From an uncultured bacterium (GTDB lineage Bacteria; Chloroflexota; UBA5177; JANWHV01), in contig CAWHAE010000018.1 in assembly GCA_963827235.1 (NCBI GenBank), positions 96,001 through 160,000 of the forward strand: a DNA stretch of 64,000 bases, read 5' to 3'. Below, in pieces: positions 28,452-39,440 of the stretch. Under the pieces are notes generated by a model that was not told the DNA's origin, searched no databases, and saw only the letters and a program-made list of their open reading frames with translations. Numbering within the stretch: the stretch's first letter is position 1; each line of letters starts with the position of its first letter. A program made the translations under genes and the position numbers.

Positions 28452-28847
28452 TCATGGCTCGCCAAGCGCGGAACTGATTCCGCCCGTCCTCAAGAGCTGA
28501 GCCTGTCTTATTGTATGAAGGTGGGCACGTCGTCGCAGACCAGGGTGTCCACGATGGGAACCGCCGTCTGAGCGTGATAGTCGCCGATGGCACAGGCCTG
28601 GAAGTGGTGATCGGTGGCACCATCCTGGCCAGCGGCTGAGGGTGCAAGACAAGGGAAGCTGCAGCGTGCAGTCAGGCAGGGCGACAAGGGTCGACGGGCC
28701 AAACGGCCCTCATCTTAGGCCTGTTCAGCAACTGACGCGGGCGGCGGCTCTCCCCGATGATAGGAGAGAGCGCCAGCTCGGGTCGCTCCTGATGATGCGG
28801 CGCGAGTGCGACGATAGACCGCACGTCATGTGTATGAGGAGGCTTGA

Positions 28848-29543
28848 ATGAGCCGTGAGCCACTGATCCTGATCCTGCTCGGCGCGCCCGGTGCCGGCAA
28901 GGGAACGTACAGCAAGCCGTTGATGGAGACGTACCACACGCCTCAGATCTCCACGGGCGACATGTTCCGCGCCCATCTGAAAATCGGATCGCCGCTGGGC
29001 GTTGAAGCGCGGTCCTACATGGACAGGGGAGCCCTCGTACCCGACAGCGTGGTAATCCGCATGGTCGAAGAGCGCATCACCCAGGCGGATTGCCAGAACG
29101 GCTTCATCCTGGACGGCTTCCCGCGCACGGTGGCACAGGCAGATGCCCTTGGTCAGCTGCTGGCGGGCAAGGGCTTGAGTCTGCGCTGCGCCGTGAACCT
29201 GGACGTGGACCGCGATATCCTGATGAAACGCCTGACCGGGCGGCGCATGTGCCGCGGCTGCGAGCGGGGCAACTTCAACATCTACACGTTGCCGCCGAAG
29301 GTCGAAGCCACGTGCGACTATTGCGGCGGCGCGCTCTATCAGCGCGACGACGACAAGGAAGAGGTCATCGTCAAGCGACTCGAGACCTACCAGAACCAGA
29401 CCCAGCCCTTGATCGAGTACTACAAGGCCAAGGGCCTGCTCGAGAACGTCGTCAGCAACGGTGACATCGCCGCCATGCTGCAGAAGATTATCAGCATCAT
29501 CGAGTCTCGCGCCGTGGAGGCTCGCCAGCCGGTCTTGGCTTGA
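28848..29543 (+). CDS. adk: adenylate kinase with Zn-type LID, 231 aa
   Basis: GAPGAGKGT, STGDMFR, LDGFPRT, CRGC...CDYC, QRDDD; GAGGAGG RBS. Confidence 0.93.
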   Translation: MSREPLILILLGAPGAGKGTYSKPLMETYHTPQISTGDMFRAHLKIGSPLGVEARSYMDRGALVPDSVVIRMVEERITQADCQNGFILDGFPRTVAQADALGQLLAGKGLSLRCAVNLDVDRDILMKRLTGRRMCRGCERGNFNIYTLPPKVEATCDYCGGALYQRDDDKEEVIVKRLETYQNQTQPLIEYYKAKGLLENVVSNGDIAAMLQKIISIIESRAVEARQPVLA

Positions 29544-30300
29544 GCGTGTCCCGACAGATACCTGTGCAGACGCGGCCCACGACCGCCGGATCGACGGTCT
29601 GACTCTGACGCCGGCGTCGTGCGGCCGCGGCGCCGGCGGCCGGCGCGGGCCGTCACCTTACGCTGTGCTGCGCCTCGCCGGGTGCTGCGCCGAGGCGGTC
29701 GTCGTCATATCGAGCGAGATGTGCCCCGTGCTCTGGAGCCACATGATGCGGTAGCGGCTCGGGCGGCGACCGCCTCTGCACCGCCCCGATCCGTGCGCCG
29801 CCTCGGTCCACTGGTGCCGGCGACCGGATGAAGGTCCAGATCGCGCACGTGACCAGAACGAGAGGTCCGGCAACGGGATAGGCGTCCCAAACATGCTCCG
29901 CCGCACCTCCAGTCGCTTTGCGGGCGCGCGGGGATCGGCTGCGCCACGGCCGCTGCTTCACGGCGTGGCCGTCCGCAGAACGCTCGTTCCCGGCGCGACC
30001 GTCTCCCGTGCACACGGATGCCTGCAGGCGAGCAGCTTGCGGGACGTGCTGCCGCGCCGAAACGTCAGGCTGGGTAGCGGTATCACCGAGACGTTGCCCC
30101 CGGCCGGCTGCTAGATCCGATAGATCGGGCAGCCCAGAGGCCCGTTGGGCGAATCCCTGTGCTTTTACCTGGCCGGCCATGACTTTTGACCTACGGCATT
30201 TCACGGCCTCCTTCACTGTCGTGGTGGCACGTGCATCCTTATGCTGGTTTTGTTCGGGGGCGGTCCCCGAGGAAGCACGATCAATCGACGGGTGGATCTA

Positions 30301-31113
30301 ATGGCCATGAGGCGAGAAGCAGTGTCGACCCCGTGGGACGAGGGCAGGCTCGACCCCGCAAGCACCCTCGTATCGGTACGGCGTCTGACCAAGAGATTCG
30401 GCGATCGAACGGCCGTGGACGGGATCAGCTTCGATATCCGGCGCGGCGAGATCTTCGGCCTGCTGGGACCCAACGGAGCCGGCAAGAGCACTGTTGTGAA
30501 CATGCTCAGCACCTACACTCGGCCCGACGGCGGTGAAGTGCTAGTTGCCGGTCACGCGCTCGGCCGGGGCGATGCCGTAAAGCGCGCTATCGGCGTCGTG
30601 CCGCAGGAGCTGGCACTCTACGAAGAACTGAGCGCGCAGGAGAATTTGGCGTTCTACGCTCGCGTCTACGACCTGCCCAGGGTCGACCGCGCCTGCCGGG
30701 TGCAGGAAGTCCTGCGCCAGGTTGGGCTGGCCGATCGGGCGAGCGAACGCGTCGAGGCCTTCAGCGGAGGCATGAAACGGCGGCTCAATCTGGCGCTCGG
30801 TATTCTTCACCGGCCCGCGTTGTTGCTGCTGGACGAGCCGACGGTCGGCGTGGACCCGCAGTCGCGGGAGCGCATCTTCGAGATCCTACGCGACCTGCAA
30901 ACGGAGGGAACGACGCTGCTCTACACAACCCACTATATGGAGGAGGCCGAGCGGCTCTGCGACCGTATCGCCATCATCGACGACGGATGCATCGTGGCCG
31001 GTGGAACGCTCGAAGAGCTATTGCGGCTGCGCGTGGACGAGATCATCGAACAGCGGCCCCGCGGCCTGGAACAGCTTTTCATACAGCTCACCGGCAAGCG
31101 GTTGCGAGACTAA
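30301..31113 (+). CDS. ABC-2/DrrA-type exporter ATP-binding protein
   Basis: GPNGAGKS, FSGGMKRR, LDEPTVGVDPQSR, TTHYMEEAE. Confidence 0.93.
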   Translation: MAMRREAVSTPWDEGRLDPASTLVSVRRLTKRFGDRTAVDGISFDIRRGEIFGLLGPNGAGKSTVVNMLSTYTRPDGGEVLVAGHALGRGDAVKRAIGVVPQELALYEELSAQENLAFYARVYDLPRVDRACRVQEVLRQVGLADRASERVEAFSGGMKRRLNLALGILHRPALLLLDEPTVGVDPQSRERIFEILRDLQTEGTTLLYTTHYMEEAERLCDRIAIIDDGCIVAGGTLEELLRLRVDEIIEQRPRGLEQLFIQLTGKRLRD

Positions 31114-31142
31114 CCAACACGACGACGAGGAGGCTCAACACG

Positions 31143-32345
31143 ATGCTTCGCAAGATCTGGTACGTGGCGGCGAAAGACCTGCTGCAGATGACGAAAGACC
31201 GCATGGGCCTGGTCTGGCTGATCGCACTGCCGCTCCTGGTGATGGGCATTATCGGCTCCATGGTATCGGGATCGCTCTCCGGATCGGCGGTCACGGCCAC
31301 ATTGCCGATCGTCAACGACGATGGAGGCTCGGGCGCCACCGCGCTGATCGCCGTGCTTCGCCAAACGGCGTCGCTCAAGGTGGAGTTGCGTACCGACGGA
31401 GCGGCGCTAGAAAAGGCAGTGCGAAACGGCGACCAGGTCGGTCTGCTGATCATTCCCAAGGGGTACTCGGTGGCCCTGCACTCTCCGCATCCGTCCGCAC
31501 ACGTGATCTACTATGCCGTGGACAACAATAGCGACCAGCGGGCCACCATCGCCAGCTACAGCGTGCGGGAAGTCGTGCAGCGGATGGCCTGGACCAGCGC
31601 GACCGGAGCGGCCGTCACCCAGGCTCAGCTACATGCCGGGGGCCACGACGATCCCGCGCTGACTTCGCGGCTCGTCACCGAGGCCGGGCAACGACTGTCA
31701 CAGGCTCCTCCGGTGGTGGTGCAGACAGAGAACGCTACGGGCAAGACCAATTACGAAGACCAAGCAGTGCCCGGCTACGCCCTGATGTTCGCGCTCTTCG
31801 GCGTCTCGGCCGGCGCAGGATCGATCCTGGACGAGAAGGAGAAAGGCACGTTCAAGCGCTTGCTGATCGCACCGTTGCCGCCGTACGCCGTGCTTGGCGG
31901 CAAAATGCTCTCGCAGTTCATCCAATCGGTTGTCCAGCTCACCCTCCTCTTCGCCATCGGCGCGGCTCTGTTCAGAATCGACCTCGGATCATCGCCTCTT
32001 GCGCTTGCCCTGCTTGTCGTGTGCACGAGCGTGGCCGCCACAGGATTGAGCATGGTGCTCGCGTGTGTGGTCAAGACACAGCGGCAGCTGCGCCCGATCA
32101 GCACGCTGATCGTGCTTGGCTTCTCGGCCGTGGGCGGCTCCTGGGTGCCGCTGTGGCTGGAGCCACAGTGGCTGCAAAGCCTTTCCAAGATCTCCATCAC
32201 GGCCTGGGCAATGCAGGCGTTCAACGGCTTGATGATCTTCGACAAAGGGTTCATCGACGTGCTGCCCGATATCGCGGCCCTGCTCATCTACGGCATCGTG
32301 TGCTTGGCCGTCGCCGGACGCCTCTTTCGCTTCCGTGAAGCCTGA
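31143..32345 (+). CDS. ABC-2 type exporter permease, ~400 aa
   Basis: DEKEKGTFKRLL, GGSWVP, extracytoplasmic loop; GAGGAGG RBS. Confidence 0.9.
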   Translation: MLRKIWYVAAKDLLQMTKDRMGLVWLIALPLLVMGIIGSMVSGSLSGSAVTATLPIVNDDGGSGATALIAVLRQTASLKVELRTDGAALEKAVRNGDQVGLLIIPKGYSVALHSPHPSAHVIYYAVDNNSDQRATIASYSVREVVQRMAWTSATGAAVTQAQLHAGGHDDPALTSRLVTEAGQRLSQAPPVVVQTENATGKTNYEDQAVPGYALMFALFGVSAGAGSILDEKEKGTFKRLLIAPLPPYAVLGGKMLSQFIQSVVQLTLLFAIGAALFRIDLGSSPLALALLVVCTSVAATGLSMVLACVVKTQRQLRPISTLIVLGFSAVGGSWVPLWLEPQWLQSLSKISITAWAMQAFNGLMIFDKGFIDVLPDIAALLIYGIVCLAVAGRLFRFREA

Positions 32346-32465
32346 GCGGCGACCGCGTTTTCAGCCAGAACGTTGGGGCCTTCGCTGCCACGCCTTTCAG
32401 CGGACGCAAGCTTGGCACCGAAGGACCCCGCCGCGCGGACTGCTGCGGATGGCAAAGAGTATCTT

Positions 32466-33863
32466 ATGTTTGATAGAGACACACCGGACCAATCGAGCCT
32501 GCAACGAGCGGTCAGAATACGGAATGTGGCCCCAATGGTAGCGACCGATCCCGATTCGACAAGCAGCGAAGCTCGATCCTACGGTCGGGAGTCCTCCAGA
32601 GTACCCCCGCGTGTCGACGAATCCACGGAGGTGCCCCGCCCAGACTTCACTCTTGTCGGGCGGCTCAACTTTATCTGGCTGGGGACCCTCGTGGTCATCG
32701 TGGTCTCCGGCGACGCGACGGCGACAAGCCGCGATCCGGGGCTGTGGTCGTCCTGGCGAGGTCCGGCGATAGCGGTCCTGTCCCTCACAATGGTGGCGTG
32801 GTATCTCCCGGTGCTGTTGCGCGTCCTGCAGCCACGGGGGAACGGCAGGCGCTATGCGTGGCAGCTGGACGACCGGGGCATGGTCTATTGGCTTGGGGTG
32901 GGCTTCGTTCTGGTCGCGCTGCTGCTGATCTTCAATCGAAGCTTTGTTGGCCTGACGTATGCGCTGATGGGTGCAAGCGTGTTCCTGCCGTTGCCGCGGG
33001 CGCTCCTGCCTGTCGGTGCTGCCGTGCTCATGAACATGTGGGCGCTGGGGCTCCTTCCGCCTCCAGCCGGGCAGTCGTGGAGCGACACGGCCGGCGGGCT
33101 CTTCACCACGGTGATGAGCATCGTGCTGGTCTACGCTCTTTCCACGCTCATCCGCGAGCGGGTGCGACGTGAGCAGCTCTTCGCCGAGCTCAGCGATGCC
33201 CACCGCCGCCTGCGCCTGGCGGCAGCACGCGAATCAGACGCGGCGACCCTGCGGGAGCGCAACCGTCTGGCGCGCGAGATGCACGATAGCCTGGGGCACG
33301 CGCTCGTCTCCATCGCCATCAAGCTGGAAGGCGTGCGGCTCCTCTACCCGGTCAACGCGCAGCGCGCCGAGACACAGCTTGAGGAGACGACACAGCTGGT
33401 ACGCGCCACGATGACCGACTTGCGCCATTCGCTGGCGGGGCTGCGACCGCCCGCGCTGGAAGAGCGATCGCTGCCCTGCGCGCTCGCGGAGCTGGCCGAG
33501 CAGTTGAATCGTACCGACGGCCTCACCGCCGACTGCTCGATCGACGCCGATGCCGCGACGCTCGACCGGCGCGTGCAGGAGACGCTGTATCGCATTGGGC
33601 AGGAAGCGCTCACCAACGTAGCCAAGCACGCGCGAGCGACGCGCGTCTCTCTCTCGCTCAAGGTCAGCAGTGCCGACGCGCTGCTGGAGGTTGGCGATAA
33701 TGGCGTTGGGCTGGAGACCGCTCCTCGCCACGGTCCCGGCCAATTCGGCGTGCGGGGCATGCGCGAGCGCGTTGAGGCCCTGGGCGGCGCGTTCACCCTT
33801 GGTCCGCGGCCTGAAGGGGGAACCCTCCTGCGCGCGAGAGTTCCTCTGGCGGCAGATGTATGA
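32466..33863 (+). CDS. membrane sensor histidine kinase (HisKA_3, NarX/DesK type); start uncertain
   Basis: ERNRLAREMHDSLGH, QEALTNVAKHA, DNGVG, FGVRGMRER. Confidence 0.88.
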   Translation: MFDRDTPDQSSLQRAVRIRNVAPMVATDPDSTSSEARSYGRESSRVPPRVDESTEVPRPDFTLVGRLNFIWLGTLVVIVVSGDATATSRDPGLWSSWRGPAIAVLSLTMVAWYLPVLLRVLQPRGNGRRYAWQLDDRGMVYWLGVGFVLVALLLIFNRSFVGLTYALMGASVFLPLPRALLPVGAAVLMNMWALGLLPPPAGQSWSDTAGGLFTTVMSIVLVYALSTLIRERVRREQLFAELSDAHRRLRLAAARESDAATLRERNRLAREMHDSLGHALVSIAIKLEGVRLLYPVNAQRAETQLEETTQLVRATMTDLRHSLAGLRPPALEERSLPCALAELAEQLNRTDGLTADCSIDADAATLDRRVQETLYRIGQEALTNVAKHARATRVSLSLKVSSADALLEVGDNGVGLETAPRHGPGQFGVRGMRERVEALGGAFTLGPRPEGGTLLRARVPLAADV

Positions 33864-34495
33864 GCGCCATCCGCATCGTGCTCTGCGAGGACCAAACCAT
33901 CGTCCGTGAGGGACTGCGCACCATCCTGGACTTGCAGCCGGACATGCTCGTGGTGGGCGAGGCAGCCAACGGCGAGGAAGCGATACGTCGCACGCTCGAG
34001 GTGCGCCCCGACATTGTGCTGATGGACATCCAGATGCCCCGGCGCAGCGGCGTGGAAGCCACGGCGCTGGTGACGGCGTCATGCCCGGAGTGCCGCGTGA
34101 TCGTGCTGACGACCTTCGACTATGAAGAGTACGTGTTTGATGCGGTCAAAGCCGGTGCTATGGGCTACCTCCTCAAGGACGTGCCGGCCCGCGAGCTGGT
34201 CGACACCATCCGGCGTGTGCATGCCGGAGAATCGTTCATTCAACCCCAGGTAGCGAGCAAGCTGCTCCTGGAATTCGGCAGGCGATCGCGATCGCCGCAA
34301 GAGGAAGAGCTGACCGAGCGAGAGCGTGAGGTACTGCAGCACCTCGCCGCGGGCGACAGCAACCGCGACATAGGGGCGGCGCTGTTCCTGGCTGAAGGCA
34401 CTGTCAAGAATCATGTCTCGAACATCATGGGCAAGCTCCACGCCGCTAACCGCACCCACGCCGTGAGTCTCGCACGCGAGCAAGGCCTGCTCTGA
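33860..34495 (+). CDS. NarL/LuxR-family response regulator
   Basis: DIVLMDIQMP; LTEREREVL...GTVKNHVSNI. Confidence 0.95.
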   Translation: MSAIRIVLCEDQTIVREGLRTILDLQPDMLVVGEAANGEEAIRRTLEVRPDIVLMDIQMPRRSGVEATALVTASCPECRVIVLTTFDYEEYVFDAVKAGAMGYLLKDVPARELVDTIRRVHAGESFIQPQVASKLLLEFGRRSRSPQEEELTEREREVLQHLAAGDSNRDIGAALFLAEGTVKNHVSNIMGKLHAANRTHAVSLAREQGLL

Positions 34496-34603
34496 CCACT
34501 ACCGCTCATGGCAACCGTGCCGATGAAGACGCACCGTAGTCAGGCCAGGGTGGTACCCGCGGGGGCGGAGTGAGCTCCGCGCATGGCCCGGCATGGCTTG
34601 CCT

Positions 34604-35452
34604 TTAGTATCGCGGCGGGCCCTGCACGATGCGGGCACGCATGTCGGCGAGCGATCCGCGCCGGCTGGTCAGCTCCTCCTGCCACCACGTCAGTCCGGCC
34701 GCGGCGTAGGAAGCAACGATCTCGGTCGCCCGCCCCGGATCGTCTCCCGGCGTGGAGCCCGCCAACACGACGTCGAAAGGCCCGTCGCCGGTGCGCTCCG
34801 CCATCGCACAGGCGACGATAGCGCGCAGCTCGTCCGGCGTTGGCAGTGCGAACTCGCCGGAGATGAAGGGGAAGACGCCATCCCATCGCCCGGCACGCCG
34901 CATTGGCTTGCGGTGGGGCCAGGTACCCGCAACCCAGATCGGAATGCGCGGCTGCTGTACCGGCGTCGGCAGAAATACCGCATCGTGCACCTGGAAGTAC
35001 TCGCCCTCATAGCTGAAGGGTTGGGTGGACCAAAGACCCGTCAGCACGTCGAGGCCCTCGTCGAGCTTGCGCGCGCGCACACTCGGTGCCGGATCCTCGC
35101 CAAACGCCGCGAAGTCGGCCCCCGGCGGCTCGCCCAGCCCAACCCCGAGCGTGAGACGACCGCCGGAGAGGTGGTCGAGGGCGACGGTTTCTCGGGCGAG
35201 CTTCCAGGGGCGACGGCGCGCGATAGGCGTAATCATCGGACCGATGCGCAACCGGTGCGTGGATACCGCGATTGCCGACAGCGCCACAAAGGCATCCGTG
35301 AACGGGATGTGCATCGGCGGATCGAAGCATTGCAGGTGATCCCATACGAAGAAGCCGTCCCAGCCGGCGCTCTCGGCGTCGCGGGCCAGAGCACACAAGA
35401 CTCGCGCGTCTCCGTACTCGCCGAAAACAGGCACGTTGATCGCGTACTTCAT
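34604..35452 (-). CDS. LLM-class (luciferase-like) flavin-dependent oxidoreductase, 282 aa
   Basis: WDGFFVWDH, LDHLSGGRLTLGVGLG, IPIWVAG. Confidence 0.9.
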   Translation of the reverse strand: MKYAINVPVFGEYGDARVLCALARDAESAGWDGFFVWDHLQCFDPPMHIPFTDAFVALSAIAVSTHRLRIGPMITPIARRRPWKLARETVALDHLSGGRLTLGVGLGEPPGADFAAFGEDPAPSVRARKLDEGLDVLTGLWSTQPFSYEGEYFQVHDAVFLPTPVQQPRIPIWVAGTWPHRKPMRRAGRWDGVFPFISGEFALPTPDELRAIVACAMAERTGDGPFDVVLAGSTPGDDPGRATEIVASYAAAGLTWWQEELTSRRGSLADMRARIVQGPPRY

Positions 35453-35782
35453 TCGTCACTCCCTTCGCCCGCCATTCAGTCGGTCCCGGCGGGGGGCACT
35501 GCCATTGTACAGCCGTGCACCACGGCAGCCGATATGGCGAATTGGTGAAAATAAGTGGAGTATAAGTATGGTAAACTTGGCTTGCGCGTAGTCCACAACC
35601 GGTGGCGGATCCTCCGCCGCGCGGGATAGAGCACGTTGCCGCCTTCAGTCGTGACCGGAGCAGTATCCGGACCATCCTGCGCGCAGCCCTTGCTCATGGC
35701 GATTACCAGGGCTGGCAGCCAGTCCATCCCGGGAGTGAGTTGCACCGCAAGCAGCGTGTAGTGAACAGGAGGGCACAAGGAC

Positions 35783-36949
35783 GTGGCCAAGGTGTTGTGT
35801 GTTCTCTACGACGATCCGATAGATGGGTATCCGCCGTCGTACGCTCGCGATTCGGTCCCTGCACTCGAGCACTACCCCGGCGGCCAGACCGTGCCCAGCC
35901 CGGAACGGATCGACTTCCGCCCGGGAGCGCTGCTGGGCTGCGTGTCGGGCGCGCTCGGCTTGCGGCGCTTTCTGGAAGATCAGGGACACTCGCTGATCGT
36001 AACCGCGGACAAAGATGGTCCGGGCTCGGTATTCGAGCGCGAGCTTCCCGATGCCGACGTGGTGATCTCGCAGCCGTTCTGGCCGGCTTACCTCACCCGG
36101 GAGCGTATCGCGCGGGCGCCGAGGCTCAAGCTCGCCATCACGGCCGGCATCGGATCGGACCACGTGGACCTGCAGGCGGCCATCGAACGCGGCATCACCG
36201 TGGCCGAGGTCACGTACAGCAACAGCATCAGTGTGGCCGAGCACGTCGTGATGCTGATCCTCTCACTCGTGCGCAACTACCTGCCGTCCCACCAGTGGGT
36301 GCTCGACAAGGGCTGGAACATCGCCGATTGTGTCGCGCGCTCCTACGACCTGGAAGGCATGGACGTCGGATCCGTGGCGGCCGGACGCATCGGCACGGCC
36401 GTGCTGCGGCGCCTGCAGCCCTTCGATGTCAGGCTGCACTACACGGATCGGCATCGGTTGCCCGAGGAGACGGAGCGCACGCTCGGTGTGACCTTCCATC
36501 CCGACGTGGAATCGCTGGTCCGCGCCTGCGACGTGGTGACGATCAACTGCCCGCTGCATCCGGAAACAGAGCACATGTTTGACGACACGCTGATCGCCAA
36601 GATGAAACGCGGCGCCTATATCGTCAACACCGCCCGAGGCAAGATCTGCGATCGCGATGCCATCGTGCGGGCGCTCGAGAGCGGGCAGCTGGCCGGGTAT
36701 GCCGGCGATGTCTGGTACCCGCAGCCGGCTCCGCCGGATCACCCGTGGCGTACGATGCCCCACCAGGGCATGACGCCGCACGTGTCCGGTTCGTCGTTGT
36801 CGGCACAGGCACGCTACGCGGCAGGCACGCGCGAGATTCTGGAGTGCTGGCTCGAAGGCCGGCCGATTCGCGAAGAGTACCTGATTGTCGATGGAGGAAA
36901 GCTCGCTGGTAGCGGCGCCCACTCGTACAGCACGCGCCCGGGCGGCTGA
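35783..36949 (+). CDS. fdh: NAD-dependent (metal-free) formate dehydrogenase, 388 aa
   Basis: SQPFWPAY, TAGIGSDH, AAGRIG, YTDRH, NTARG, WYPQP, TPHVSG. Confidence 0.95.
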   Translation: MAKVLCVLYDDPIDGYPPSYARDSVPALEHYPGGQTVPSPERIDFRPGALLGCVSGALGLRRFLEDQGHSLIVTADKDGPGSVFERELPDADVVISQPFWPAYLTRERIARAPRLKLAITAGIGSDHVDLQAAIERGITVAEVTYSNSISVAEHVVMLILSLVRNYLPSHQWVLDKGWNIADCVARSYDLEGMDVGSVAAGRIGTAVLRRLQPFDVRLHYTDRHRLPEETERTLGVTFHPDVESLVRACDVVTINCPLHPETEHMFDDTLIAKMKRGAYIVNTARGKICDRDAIVRALESGQLAGYAGDVWYPQPAPPDHPWRTMPHQGMTPHVSGSSLSAQARYAAGTREILECWLEGRPIREEYLIVDGGKLAGSGAHSYSTRPGG

Positions 36950-37337
36950 GTCGGCACGGCACGGAGAAGCGAGGGCCGCGCAACTCGGTCGCCCGGCCCT
37001 CGCCCGCCAACGCGCCGTTCGCGCGGCCGGCCAGCGTGCTGCCAGGACGCCGGCAACCCATAGAGCACGTTGATATCGGTCGCCGGGGCCCGTCTGGCCC
37101 GGCATTACCGGCGCCTGGTGCGCCGGCCATGGGTGCGGCCGGCTTCCTTCCCACCATCGTAGTCGTCTCCCTGGGATCACGATCCGGTCCCAAAGCTGCC
37201 TCGGCCTTGACTTCCCGGTCCGACCCCACTCGCATGTAGTAGGCTTCATACCGACGGCGTTCTGCACGGATGATGTGCATGGAGTGGGCAGAGTCTCTTC
37301 TCCAACAGATGACGCCTCCAGATCACGGGAGAGGAAT

Positions 37338-38939
37338 ATGGACCGAAGCGAAGCCGCAATCGCAATTGAAAGCGGCAAGTCCACCCTCGGCGTCGAGTTC
37401 GGCTCGACACGCATCAAGGCGGTGCTGATCGGTGACGATCATGCGCCGCTCGCCTCGGGAAGCTATGAGTGGGAAAACCGATTCGAGAATGGGGTCTGGA
37501 CCTACCACCTCGACGACGTGTGGACCGGCTTGCAGGCCAGCTACCGCCAGCTGAGCGACGAAGTCTTTGCAACATACAAAGTCCGGCTCCAGACCGTTGG
37601 CGCCATCGGTTTCAGCGCCATGATGCACGGGTATCTGGCCTTCGATCAGGACGACCACCTGCTGGCACCGTTCCGGACCTGGCGGAACACTATGACCGGA
37701 CAGGCGGCCGAGCAGCTGACCGAGCTGTTCCAGTTCAATATTCCCCACCGGTGGAGCATTGCCCACCTCTACCAGGCGATATTGAACCAGGAACCCCACG
37801 TTCGAGACATTCACTACTTGACCACGCTGGCCGGCTATGTCCACTGGCGGCTGACGGGGCACAAGGTCCTGGGCGTCGGCGACGCCTCGGGCATGTTTCC
37901 CATCGATAGCACGACCAACACCTACGACGTGCGCATGATGGAACAGTTCCATGAACGGGTCGCGGCGGCCCAGCTGCCCTGGACCCTTGAGCGTATCCTG
38001 CCCGCGGTCCTGGTGGCCGGACAGTCTGCCGGCCTGCTCACCGCGGAAGGCGCCGGGCTCATCGACTCCACGGGACAACTGCAGGCGGGTATCCCGCTCT
38101 GCCCGCCCGAGGGTGACGCGGGCACGGGCATGGTGGCGACCAACAGCATTGCGGAGCGCACGGGCAACGTGTCCGCGGGCACGTCGATCTTCGCCATGAT
38201 TGTGTTGGAAAAAGCCCTCTCCCGCCTGCACCCCGAGATCGACATGGTGACGACGCCGACAGGGCGGCCGGTAGCCATGGTCCACTGCAACAACGGCACA
38301 TCCGACCTCAACGCCTGGGTCAACCTGTTCCGGGACTTCACTGCGGCGCTCGGGGTGGAGATCAGTCAAGCCCGGCTGTTTGAGTTGCTCTATCAACAGG
38401 CCCTCGCGGGCGATGCCGATGGTGGCGGCCTTCTCGCCTACAACTACTATGCGGGTGAGCCTATCACACAAGTGGAAGCGGGGCGTGCCCTGTTTGTCCG
38501 CACGCCCGAGAGCCATTTCACGCTGCCGAATTTCATGCGCGTGCATCTGTTTTCCGCGCTCGGCACGCTCAAGATCGGTCTGGACATCCTCTTCGACCAG
38601 GAGCAGGTCAAGCTTGACCAGATTCTCGGCCACGGTGGCTTCTTCAAGACGGCGGAGGTGGGTCAGAAAGTCATGGCAGCGGCAATGCATGTTCCGGTGT
38701 CCGTGATGGAGACCGCGGGTGAGGGCGGCGCCTGGGGCATTGCGCTGCTGGCCTCCTACTTGCTCCATAAGCAAGCAAATGAACCGCTGGACGCCTATCT
38801 CTCCACGAAGGTCTTTGCCGAGGGACGCAGCACGACCATCGCTCCCGATCCACGGGATGTCGATGGCTTTAGAGCTTTCATGGAACGCTACCAACGAGGG
38901 CTGGTCATCGAAAAAGCTGCCGTGGATGGACTGCTCTAG
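37338..38939 (+). CDS. FGGY-family carbohydrate kinase (L-ribulokinase/xylulokinase-like), ~533 aa
   Basis: [43 protein letters not shown]. Confidence 0.9.
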   Translation: MDRSEAAIAIESGKSTLGVEFGSTRIKAVLIGDDHAPLASGSYEWENRFENGVWTYHLDDVWTGLQASYRQLSDEVFATYKVRLQTVGAIGFSAMMHGYLAFDQDDHLLAPFRTWRNTMTGQAAEQLTELFQFNIPHRWSIAHLYQAILNQEPHVRDIHYLTTLAGYVHWRLTGHKVLGVGDASGMFPIDSTTNTYDVRMMEQFHERVAAAQLPWTLERILPAVLVAGQSAGLLTAEGAGLIDSTGQLQAGIPLCPPEGDAGTGMVATNSIAERTGNVSAGTSIFAMIVLEKALSRLHPEIDMVTTPTGRPVAMVHCNNGTSDLNAWVNLFRDFTAALGVEISQARLFELLYQQALAGDADGGGLLAYNYYAGEPITQVEAGRALFVRTPESHFTLPNFMRVHLFSALGTLKIGLDILFDQEQVKLDQILGHGGFFKTAEVGQKVMAAAMHVPVSVMETAGEGGAWGIALLASYLLHKQANEPLDAYLSTKVFAEGRSTTIAPDPRDVDGFRAFMERYQRGLVIEKAAVDGLL

Positions 38940-39064
38940 TCGGCCGACACGATCAGAAAGGGAGAGTGATGCGGCGGCCGTGTGCAGCGGCGGCACGCAC
39001 ACGTTGATCCGCAGGGCGTGTCTGAGTCGCCGCTTCGCAACTCGCACAGGTATTCCGGCACCCA

Positions 39065-39112
39065 TACCCCTGGCCGGGAGACGCGGTACGCTGCGTCTCC
39101 CGGCCAGGGGTA
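39065..39112. repeat. REP-like long inverted repeat (20-bp perfect stem)
   Basis: TACCCCTGGCCGGGAGACGC-N8-GCGTCTCCCGGCCAGGGGTA, overlapping GTAGGGCGACCCA. Confidence 0.7.
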
Positions 39113-39440
39113 GGGCGACCCACGAGTGCGGCACGGATCGGCGCCGGGGGAACGCAGCCCAGCGCATGGCAGGCTGCAGCGAGCCCAGCGAAGACCTCGG
39201 TGCAGGGAGATTTGCGTGCGCTGGCACCGCCTCACGTCCGGGGCCGCGCCGGCGCTCAACGTAGCGCATTCACCGCGTCACCGCGGAGCCAGGCTAGATC
39301 GCGTTCAGAAAAATCGCAAGTGCCCAAGCGGAGCACCTTCGCTGCCACCTGAGTCCCTCGAACTGGAGCTGCGACTCGGTCAATGCGCCTGCGCATGCGC
39401 TGGAGTAGCGAGTTCAGCAGGCCACCCATCGACGATCCTG

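Noticed and set aside
28500-28830. Short ORFs upstream of adk
   Set aside because: No RBS or recognisable motif.
29544-30300. 760-bp gap with several ORFs and a CATGACTTTTGAC element near a TATGCT -10
   Set aside because: The ORFs look spurious; the element might be a NarL-type site, but a single copy is not enough to call.
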